Positions 34,818-45,420 of a DNA stretch of 64,000 bases are shown piece after piece. The position numbers and the translations under genes are program-made. Below the pieces are notes generated by a model. It had not been told where the DNA came from. It did no database searches and saw only the letters and a list, made by a program, of their open reading frames with translations. The first letter of the stretch is position 1; every line of letters begins with the position of its first letter. The stretch is from Phoronis australis (lineage: Eukaryota; Animalia; Phoronida): NCBI GenBank assembly GCA_002633005.1, contig NMRA01000024.1:955786-1019785 (forward strand), in the 5' to 3' direction.

Positions 34818-35341
34818 GCTTTTTAGGAAGTCAGCGACACAACGTGTCTTGTTTGATGATGTGATCTCGTGAACCGAATAGTGCGCGTGTAGTCGACGCT
34901 GCTTTGTGTTGGCCTTACCTCAAGTCTTTTTTACACTACTGGAAGTCTATATTGGGGAATTTTCGTGTACAAACACTGGTACATGTATGTATTTTGTTGC
35001 TACTGTTTTGTCTCTGTCCTTTTGTATTCTTAAGCAGAGTCTTTTTTCAGTGGTTGCGATGCGATTCTGAAGAAAACCTTTCTCTGATCGCGCAGGCCTA
35101 CATTGCAAATACCCTTTGTTGTACTGTCGTATTTTTACATTTTGTGTCAATACTTTCGACATTGGATGTACGTTGTCATATTTCGGTATTTGTAACTAAA
35201 ACTTGCTGAGTATGCTGCCCGTTGAACAAATTAACAAAGTAAACGTTTTTCATATGCGTGACATGCAAATTACCTTTCCGATTTCGATAAGAATTTGAAA
35301 ATGTAGTGACGACTCACACTTCACATTGATGCGGCAACAGT

Positions 35342-35641
35342 CATAGGCGGATTTAGGGGGGGGGGGGCCTGCCCCCTTGGCTGCCGAAAAAAAATAAAAG
35401 ACCAAGAGCGTGATGAAATATTGAGTTGATTAACTAACCACGATAATTAACATGCGGCTGATACTGATTTCACAATGTCTGCTGTTTTAGATCGTGCGTG
35501 CGTAAGAATCGGTTCGCCGTTTTCTTTTTTGTAATCCGCGCCCTTCACAAATTCGAGTGCACGCGAGCGTCCTTTGCCCTTCGCGCGGTTCCCCGAGGCA
35601 AAATGTTGGGCCCCCCTAATGGTATCCTAGATTTGCCACTG
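35342..35641. mobile_element. 300 bp MITE with 5 bp TSD (ACAGT)
   Basis: ACAGT|CATAGGCGGATTTAGG ... CCTAGATTTGCCACTG|ACAGT. Confidence 0.75.
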
Positions 35642-38018
35642 ACAGTCTCCACCTAACTGTGGACAAATCCGCCCTCGGGAGTTAAGATGGCTCCAAGGGA
35701 GGAAACTAATACATTGATATTTGTTCTATCTGCTAGACTGAAACTCACCGCCGTTGTCATCTATCCAAGTCGTCACCACCTCCTCCTGTACCAATCGACA
35801 CCACTTTCAACATCGGGTTGAAACTTCTTACCAGTGAATTTGTATCGTTTTTGCAGTTGAAAACGCAGCTTCGGGGTTATTGTTGAATGAGACAGACTTC
35901 TTGGTGTTATTGGCTTTGACCCGTCAGAGCTGCAAGACAACCGAAACCGTTGACTTTGTGATTTTATTACAAATGTTCAATTCCTGCCCCTGCTGGTCAG
36001 TTTTCTATGAAGTAAATTCACCGAAAAGGTGTTTTTTCGACTAGCCTTCGACATTGGTCAGTCTGTAGCGTTCACTTTTTTAGTGCTGCAACACAATACA
36101 ACCCTGCGCATTACAACCATGTTCTTCCCATTTCTTGTCCACCTTCTACATTTGAAGGTCCGTAGCGGAGGAGGCAGCCTTAAGAACATGAGTAATGTTT
36201 CACCAAGATTTTACGAAGAGAATGAGGACCGAGGCCCAACGCAGACGGATACTTGGGAGCTGGTCTTTCTGCCTCAAGTGAGCTGTGAGCTGTTAGCGCT
36301 GCACCAACTGGAGATGTGAAATGATGAACTGGATGACTAGGCTAATCTAGCCGTTCTTCAGCTCAGCTACGGTTCAATTGAGACAAATAATTCAGATTGT
36401 ACCTATCCGCCTGAGCTGGCCCTGAAGTCAGGATTCACTTCATAATGGTCCAGTTTGGGAAAGTTCATTTTATTACGTTCCTGCTTTGAACGTATATTTT
36501 GATAGGGTGTTGTTCCGGGGGCCTGCTACGCTGCTTGTGGGACTATTTCAAATTTCCCGTGGACCAGATTCTGCGCTCGGTCCTACTGTAGGGTTACACC
36601 TTGTTTTGAAATTGGGTGCGTGAGCCATAAGATGTTCTGTGTGCATGGGAGCGGCAAAAAAACGACTCGGTTTTGCAGAACGAAAATTTCTTGCGCAATA
36701 CTACCGGAAACTAAAAAACATCAAGAAAGTGCAACGGCAAACAATCTTCCAAAGTTAATGAGCATCGCGTTAAATTTGGTTTAAAGACTCTATTCCTTTC
36801 AAATTTCCTTTTGTAGTGAATTTAAACCACTAATCTAATTTCTAAACTATACATATCTTGTCCGAGTTTCATTTATATCATTGAGAGTTATTTCAGATAG
36901 GCAAAAATCGTCTAGTGTGCTTTGCTGTTTGGGGATCGGATGATAGATATTTTTCCAACTTCAAACTGCAACTAATTTCACTGGATCATCGTCAGCTCTT
37001 ACAAGATAAGCTTCCAATTGTCAAAAAATTAACTATGAATCAATTGATTGTCGGATAGTCACATAAGCATGTGAATCAGAAACAAAAAAATCTTTTTTAT
37101 GAAAACAGAATATTATACTTAAGTAATTCCCGAAGGCAAGTTCGTGGATTCTTAACAGCCAACCGGTGGGGAATATGGGAGACAGGGCATCCCACGGGGC
37201 TTGGGGGGAGGGGGGGGCTCCCCAAGAAATTTTACGAATTCATTCGTGTTACGTGTATTTTGGTTCATTCCAGAGGTAGTTGTTACGGTTGAAACGTGAA
37301 CTCCAAAAATCTCTGAAATATTTTTTATGATTGACAGTACATGTACTTTGAGTACTTTAAGACGTTAGATATTCACTCTGCATAAGGACATCAAAATCGT
37401 ACCCCGACAGTGTGTTCGATATGTGCGAATTTCTCAGAAAAAAATATTCCTAGTAACACTTTTCAAAGGAAATACTATTCTTATGATACAGTGAGAAAAC
37501 TATTGACGTACTATCGTTATAAAAACGTCGGTAATATTCCTTTTGTGAAATTCACAAAAGTAGTGGTGGTCAAATTCTTCAAACTTCCGCCCTTTCGATG
37601 GCGTACTATCCTATTGTGTATTTCAAAGCAATTATTTTGGTTGTTTGGACGGAATGTCAGATCTTTATACTGCTGCTCCTTGCACGATTTTTTGATGAAT
37701 TTGTTATCTTATGTTCTCCCCTCTTGAATAGTTGACAGTGCCGGATTTACAGAAGGACAGAGTTGGAATTGCCCCAGGCCCTCCCTTCGAGAGAAGACCC
37801 CGCCTGGAAGGGGATCTCTTTATGTAAAAGGGTAATCATTAAAAGTGGCAAAGATTGACAGCTAATTCCATCATCATGTGACTTTCTAAGAAGTGACTTT
37901 CTTAAATTTTTTTTTTGCGATTTCACAAAAACAGGACACTAAAGTCAATCGATTCCATCTTTGGACTCTCTCTTCGTGAACGTCCCTTTAAAGTGGAAGT
38001 TCCAAGCTAATTCCTTAT

Positions 38019-38172
38019 CAGTGGCGGATTTAGAGGGGGGCCAAGAGGGCCATGGCCCCCCTAAAATTCTGCATTCTCCTTTTGGCAGTTCGGGGGTGCG
38101 AATGTCTGACGGGCAAAATCCTGGCTAATACTCGGCCCTGCCCCCCAACTCAAAATCCTGGATCCGCCCCTG
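38019..38172. mobile_element. MITE with CAG termini and 5 bp TSD (CTTAT)
   Basis: CTTAT|CAGTGGCGGATTTAG ... CTGGATCCGCCCCTG|CTTAT. Reverse-complement homolog of 14840-14984. Confidence 0.88.
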
Positions 38173-38849
38173 CTTATCTCTGTAATTGCATGGTCAAATT
38201 AATTAGAAACACAAGATATGGTGACAATGTGAATATGAATTAGAATGAAAATTGCTCAACGTTTTTAAGAAGGAGTTTTGTGTCGAAAACATCCACCGTA
38301 AATCACTCAACCATGTCCAGTAAGTATCATTTACCAGTTGTCACTGAATACAACTGCACTTCTTTAGCGAAGATGATGTTTAATTAGCATTGTCGTTTAG
38401 TTCCTGCTATACCTGAGCGTAGTTAGGAGCATGCAAATACGTCTTTAAGAAGCAGGATAACAGTGGCGGCATGGACGCCATCAAAGCTCTCCTTAAAGCG
38501 CTGCGCAACTAAATATGAAAGGATAGAAAAGATACAATTTCGAGAAAGAACGAAAAAGAGACCTGCAGGTGATTCCATTATGACTTGTCAGAGAACGGTA
38601 TTTCGTCCCTGGAGAAATAGTTTTGCATTTGATGTTATTGTCTTATTGAAGTTAAAAATCCTGCTCTACAAAAGTTTTGCTTAACAAATTTTCTCAATTT
38701 TTTCTAAACACGTGTATGGATTCTGTTCGTTTACATCATAAGGTAATGTAGGCCTCCGCTCATATCACACGTACAATACAAACAGTTAACAACAAGTTCA
38801 CAAATCACACATAGAATATAGGCTATTTACAAAAAATAAAAACTTTGTT

Positions 38850-40970
38850 ATTCATGTGAAACGCCTGGAATAGAAATAATCTAAATTAATTTTGAATGAC
38901 AGGTTCAATGTGTGAAGACACAGTATTAATGATGTTTCGTTCACATGGACTAGAATAAAATGCTCTGATATAAACCTTTTCTTAATATCAGTGTATAATG
39001 TACAAATAAATAATATGTGGAACTCATGTTCAATTTCATGTTTACCTAAGTTAAAACAGATACACAAACGCCTCTCTCTGGGGATATTAACATGTCTTCC
39101 TTGTTCTATCCGAAGACAGTGACACGAACAGCGAAAGCTGGCAAGGATTGTCCTTGATGCTGAACAAATATTTTCCCGGCTCCAACAAAGTTTTGAATCC
39201 CATGTAGAGCTCAAGCTTCTTATTACAATTTTTGTTTTCATAGCAGGTCTGTACAGCACAGTCACTTATTTTGTGTATGAATTGAGATAGGAAAATTTCC
39301 TTATTTCCCACATCTTGACAAATCCAAACAAAATCAAATCCATGCGTGTATAGAACATTTTTAACCTTCGTACACCGCGTTTTGTGACCAGATTCGTCAA
39401 GCTGACGCGTAACATGTACGTTGACTTTGGAAATCTATCATCACTCATTTCCAGTAGCTTTATCAAAAAGACAGTGTACAGAGACAGGACGCCTCCCAAA
39501 CTCACCGACGACTACAGCGTTCCTGGCGGAAGACAGGACGCTCAGAACATACTTAAAACATCTCATCTGCACAGATTCTATACAATTTTTGGTATCAAAA
39601 CCCCAAATTTCTGAACCATACGTTACGATAGGTAAAATCATTTTATCAAATAATTTCATGGCAAAGCTGATTTTACAAAGGACATTGACTTTAGTACTTA
39701 TCTGCTAAGGTTTACCGAGCGCCGAGAATCCGAACTACCTCTGACGCAAACACAAGTCCCAAATATTTAAAGAGTTAACTACTTCGAGCTTAGTAGCGCC
39801 AAAATACCATTTTTCGTAGCTTCTTAGTTTGCCTCCGTTGCGGAAAACCATTCATTACCCGTGTCTTTTTGAGATTTACTTTTAACCCAGATATCGTAGA
39901 TCACCTTTATCACAATTTCGTTTTGGAAGTCTCCCACTTCATATTGAAACTGGTAGGTTTTCTAACACGGAGGCCTGTTCCAACAAAACAGACTTAGCTA
40001 AGACAAATCTTAAATTTTAGTAAATTTCAAAATACAAGTTAAATTTGTCTCAAAACCAATTCAAGAAAGAGATCTAAAGTTCGACTTAAGTGTGTGATAT
40101 AAGTGTGTTGTCTTAATTTTGAATAACTTACCGAATGTGGAATTTTCAAAGTTTGGAATTTAAGACAAATCTTAAACTTAAGTCAAAAATGAACTTAAGT
40201 CATTTTCTTGAAACAGGCCCCTGATCTCTATAACAGATTTTGCTTGCTTTTTAATTTTCATTCTGTTGAAGATGAAATTCATTTTCTTTGCCATTATCAT
40301 TTTTATTTTATGAAGACTTAAGAATTTTGTTGTTTTACAAAATCACACCTGTTAAATTCTGAAGACAAACTGCTATTTTATGTAATAATTTGTGTAGTGC
40401 TTTTAACAGACGACGAAATTCTCTGTTCACTTAATTTCTTCAATAGTTTTGAGCTTCATATCAAACTGTATGTGCATTACTATTCTTGTATTTTGTTTTA
40501 AGTGACTAATAAGCCCCGTGTGATGGGTGTTCAAGTAACACTCGTCACTGTTATAATTTTTTTCTCTCTTTTCTCCCTTAAACCCCACTTTTTATTATAA
40601 TTGACAATAGATGTAGCTGCTGCTGTACTATGCGTACAATGTATTACATTTGAAAACTCATCGGAAAAGTATACACCCTGACAATTGCCTTTACAATTCA
40701 CTTTTATTAACTCATTCAAATACATTATAAAAAACAATGGGCTAAGCATGCAACCCGGTCTTCTACCGATTGAACATTGGAATAGATTAGTCAAACCATC
40801 TAGAGTTTCAACACAAGCTATTAATTTTTCATAACAAAAAAATAACACCCGCATTGTTCCTCAAATAATTTTCCATTGGATACGATCCAACGTGTAAGCC
40901 TGTTATTTAATATTTTATTAAACACCTTGCTGACGACACTCAGCAAAGAAATGCCTCTGTAAATACGTGT
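38850..40970 (-). mobile_element. Decayed LINE ORF2, same type as 24915-26330, interrupted by insertions
   Basis: FQCSIGRRPGCMLSPLFFIMYLNEL, KLFDKMILPIVTYGSEIWG, NAVVVGEFGR, FRCSCHCLRIEQGRH..RERRLCIC..IEHEFHILFICTLY. Confidence 0.88.
39971..40220. mobile_element. MITE (Harbinger-like) inside the LINE remnant
   Basis: Imperfect TIRs AGGCCTGTTCCAACAAAACAGACTTA / TAAGTCATTTTCTTGAAACAGGCCC. Internal TAAGACAAATCTTAAA repeats. Confidence 0.65.
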
Positions 40971-41604
40971 ATGAATGATCTTTGTTGCAACAATGTTCTG
41001 GTCAGGCAGGCCGAAAGGAAAATGAATAACTGGTAATTTTCTCTCCGTGTTTCGCTGTCTTTTTTTCCTCGACTGCCCCCGGTCCCACGCCCATATGGGT
41101 TGCCACGAGTTTAACGCTTGCTATGAACCCTGCACTTGGGCCCTAAGCTGAAATCAGTCTTCAAATGGTTAATTCTCTCTGGCTCCTATTCTCTTCTCCT
41201 GCGTTCTCTCCTTCAGCTTAGACTCCGCAGGCTTTTTGATAGACCACTTAAAGGGTCAATAAACTCGCACCGTCTGTCGAAAACAAGTAAGCCCTGTTCT
41301 TTTAGGTAATCGGCTTTAATTATCGTTCTCCGCCTTGCTCAGATTGGAAGTCCTTTTCAGGATTTCGAGAAGATTTAGTATGTCATGCCAAGCCCGTTCT
41401 TAAAAGTTGTAGAAGTCCTGTTGAGGCGCGTTACGCACGTGCGCGTGGCACAAGGCGTGCCTACTGACGTCCACACCGAAACTCATCAGCTATTTCTGCT
41501 CTCACAGCCACTGAAAAGATTTTTCATTAGAGGATTTTTGGAGTGCCGTGGACAGACTTTACTACACCGGCTATGTGGACTACTGCAGAATTTATTCCTT
41601 CAAT

Positions 41605-42505
41605 AGAGAGGTTTCGCAAAGCAACGTGAACTTGAAGTATGACGCGTACTTCACTGCGTGTGCCGTATTCACGTTGCAGTAACAAAAATAGGTTTCGCAA
41701 CAGCTAAATTTTTTCATGAACGTGAAAGTAAACATGAACTGAATAACTGAGCTCAGGGTGTCCAGTTATCGTAGTACGTATCCGCTAGTTTACAAACAAA
41801 AAATTAAAAGTCACTTTGCCAATGCAAATTCTTTTATTTTCATTCTCATAACATCTAACACAAATCAGTAAATTCAATTTAGTCAATTTTTTAAAGTTAA
41901 TTTTGCGATTTAACATGTTCAGTTGTGTTCTACACCAAGCCTCCCCTTCCTCTCTCACTTCTCCAGTTCACGCTTCCCTTCCTTTCTTCTCCGCTCCATT
42001 TCAAATTTTGGCGTTCCAGTGTTATCTCTTGCTCTCGTGTTTTCAGCTCTGCATCATGTTTTTCTTTGAAAAAAGTTGATATACTAGGTGTGTGTCAGTT
42101 CGACACCGCACATCGCTTTTAACAACACAAAACCATTTCTGTTAAAAATCCATTCTAGTTCGATGATATCCAACGAACCCCCGTAGAATAAGGATTTTGG
42201 AAAAAGTGATTTGCAACTAAAGTTTAAGAACGTTTAAAGACAAAAGAATCGTGTTCATTTTACACTGAAGCAAAGAAGAAAGATTGAGAACCTTATCAAA
42301 ATCATAAAAAAAAAATAATTTCGACGTCTTACCAAATAACTTAGGGGGCAACATGTTTCGCGTTTGAAGCGACAGGAATCTCTCTGAATTTGTGTAAAAT
42401 ACTCCAACACTATCGGGATTACGCCACAGCCCAAAATAGCATGTATGAAGTGATATTATAAACGCGAGATAATTCACGTTCTCGTCGCTATGCGGAAACC
42501 TCTCT
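41605..42505. mobile_element. 901 bp non-autonomous PIF/Harbinger-like element, 3 bp TSD AAT
   Basis: AAT|AGAGAGGTTTCGCAAAGCAACGTGAAC ... GTTCTCGTCGCTATGCGGAAACCTCTCT|AAT. Confidence 0.75.
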
Positions 42506-42649
42506 AATAACCTGCTGGCATGCCTGGGGTTCGCGTGTGCTGGTGCATCACTTAATTTGAGAAGGATTAATATTGACTAGGTCCATGCCCCGGAAATAAT
42601 TTCCAAACTGCTTAGTAATTTAAAGCGCTAAGTAAAAAATCTAGCCACC

Positions 42650-42853
42650 TTCGTCGTATCGAACTTTTCAGTTGACGTCATATATCGTTTCACAGCTGAT
42701 TAGTTCGTAACCTTTGACCTTGTCAGGCAGGCGGATTGTACGCTATTCTTTTGTGTGCAGGCTAGTGCTTCCGTATGCGGTGGTCACGACGCTAAAATGA
42801 CTCGTTAGGCTGACGTATCCGGACTGTGACACCCCATGAAACTCTAGGTAAGA
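42650..42853 (+). promoter_or_regulatory. Putative promoter and non-coding 5' exon of the SLCO gene
   Basis: CpG-enriched stretch. CRE palindrome TGACGTCA at 42673-42680, DR1-like TAACCTTTGACCTTG at 42708-42722, and a strong donor CTAG|GTAAGA after 42847. The SLCO coding exon opens with an acceptor at 49623, so an upstream exon is required. Confidence 0.4.
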
Positions 42854-45104
42854 GTTCTATATTTAGATTGAAACGCCGTTATTAACTGACGAGTGTCCAT
42901 GACTCCTGTGTTTTAAATTGTTGAATTACCAGTAGGCTGTATTACGATCGATGACTGGGTAAACTTGAAGTGTCTAGTGGCAAGCCTACTGCCGAATCGG
43001 TAGACCACATTGACGAATGATTCAGTGTTTGCTCATCTCTACTCTGGTCTCCGAGACTCAACTTTCCGAAAGTCGTAGCAAGGGACATTTGAACCTTTGA
43101 CATTTAATAGTTGCTCTGCCGATTGCAGTGGAGTCGAGACCAAGTCGGAATATTCCGAATCCGGGCGGATTCCGATACGGGCGCGGACATGACCCATGTC
43201 TGTCTTCAACTTTTGTCGCTGAGTGGGCCTTAGTATTGAGGCAGCGGTCGTCCGTCGAAGGTCTGAGTCACTGAGCGCTTTGCTGGGAGTGCCCTACAAC
43301 GTAGCGAAGTCCAAAGAGCCAAGTTAAACCTTTGACATTGAACAAGTCAGATGAAGACTTGATAGCGAATAGCGTTGTAAATATCTGAGGACACCACCAT
43401 CTCAAATGGCTCCAGTGGTCATCCCATAGGCCTTCCATACACTGGAAGATTTTCGGCGAATCTTGCCATACACAGTTTAAACCTGGGAGTGATATTAGTC
43501 CTAGGTTTAAACCATCAAAGTCATGTTGCTTTTTAAAGCAACATAAAAGTACCCTTTGCGCTGGCATAGAGGGACACCTTAGGAGGCCATTGATGCCTTC
43601 AACTCTTCCCACCTCGAACAAATACTTTTTTTAGCTGTCCTTCGTTCATTTGCCCAAATCGACAACTGGTCACTTTTGCTGCTCGTACCAGGGGATATGA
43701 CCAAAAATAATTAAAAAAAATAAATAAACAAAAAAACACCATCATGGCAATTTTGTAGCCTACATGGCCGGGATTTTTTCCATTGTTTGGGCTTTACTTA
43801 ACAGTATATGCTACATTTGCCAGTGATTTTTATGCCAGAATTCTACCTTGGTTTCTGTTATTTGTTAGTATGGACAAAAGGACAGGCAAGGTCCAGGTAC
43901 CCGCGGCCACTATTATGCGTTATGCTAAGCCGCAGGTGTCTGGTGACTTTTTGATCAGCGATAATTATTCCAAATGTGTTTACAAGCATGAAAACAGTTA
44001 ATTGGGCTGTGTGGCTGTGTGAGCGGGTTTATATAACATAATAAAGAACTTTGCCTATCAAAGTATATAGAAGTGCTACACATCGTTTTCAAGAATTGAT
44101 TCCACAAATATCTGGAACACAAAAAAGTAACCGAAATCAGTGTTCGAGTCATAAAAAATTGGTTCACTAGAACTAGGTTTACACACATCAAAATTATATT
44201 GACTTCAGTTGCTTGACGGATGAGGAAAGCTGCAGTCTCTGCTTAATTATCTTCTCCTGTAAGTACGCTGGTAGTATATGCAACACAACTGATATGGAAA
44301 TTGGCTGTCTGGACTTGTTGGATAAGAAGTCGATCCAAGCAGCTACTCAAAGTAAATGACAAATTCGTGTAATGACTCCCACACAAAAGGATTGTGTTGT
44401 GATCCTCTGGTGAAAGTGTGACATTTTCTTATTGAGAGACTGCCTGTTAATGGACCCTTGCACCCCCCCTCCCAGAGTATATCCCTGGGGATTATTAATA
44501 ATGCTGTATAACCGTTCCCGTGAGGATACCCCTGCAGGATCGTTAGGAATACGCCAGTGAGGGGCTTGAATTTCTGTTAACTGTAGGAGGCAGTGTGGAT
44601 TCAGGTAGTCACTTGGGATCCTAATCGGACTGCATATACCCCTAGGCAGATGAAGACTTTTCTGACAAGACAATAAACAAGAACACTTTTTTTTCATAAG
44701 CTCTACCTAGTCAAGAGTAGGTCTCTCGTTGGCCTTTTCTATGCATTTGGGTAAATTATTTCATTAGCTGTGTGCCCAGGGTGATGCCTATGCTGTTCAG
44801 GCTTCTTGACTTCAGTCTGATGTGTTTTCCTTCAGCTTCAGTTCAAGCATGGTGCAAATTACACCGGTGTCATGGTGTCATGTTTTCATGTTGTAATCTT
44901 ATTTTCTGTTAATTCACCTAAGTAACTAATACGTTTACACACTGTTTTCAGTTCCTGAACCTGTCACTTCTTTTTTTATCAAAAGTATAAAAAACAAGGA
45001 CCGCATTCATTTGGCATGTGGAAAAACAAAAAAACCTCGGGCTTTTCAAGCATGGCTTATGAATTGATATAACAAATTTGAAACGGGGCAACACATGTTT
45101 GGAC

Positions 45105-45420
45105 CACAGGCATCCTCAGCTTCTGATCGTCCCCAATACACTATGTATACACTACAAGGTATGACACTCCCGACTAGAAATTCCACGGGTGCTTCACTTC
45201 AGCCGTCCGTATCAAACACAAAACTCAATAAATTTACACAAAACGGGTTCAGCAAACCATTAGCAATTGTTCTTTCTTCTAATTCCATTAACGGTGTCCT
45301 GTTCCAGCAAGTTTGCAATAAGTTCGCGGTCAAAGCACAAAATCTTACCAAAAAAGCCACACGTACTATCTACTTTGACACACAGAAATTGTCAATTTTT
45401 CACGGAAAGTCACGACATCA
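45105..45420. mobile_element. Single diverged arm of the 16229-16898 foldback family
   Basis: CACAGGCATCCTCAGCTTCTGATCGTCCCCAATACACTA...GACACTCCCGACTAGAAATTCCACGGGTGCTTCACTTCAGCCGTCC matches the left TIR. Confidence 0.85.

Noticed and set aside
41200-41600. GC-richer, coding-looking segment (a similar one lies at 36030-36660)
   Set aside because: The frames examined are broken by stops and no family is recognisable. Probably transposon debris.
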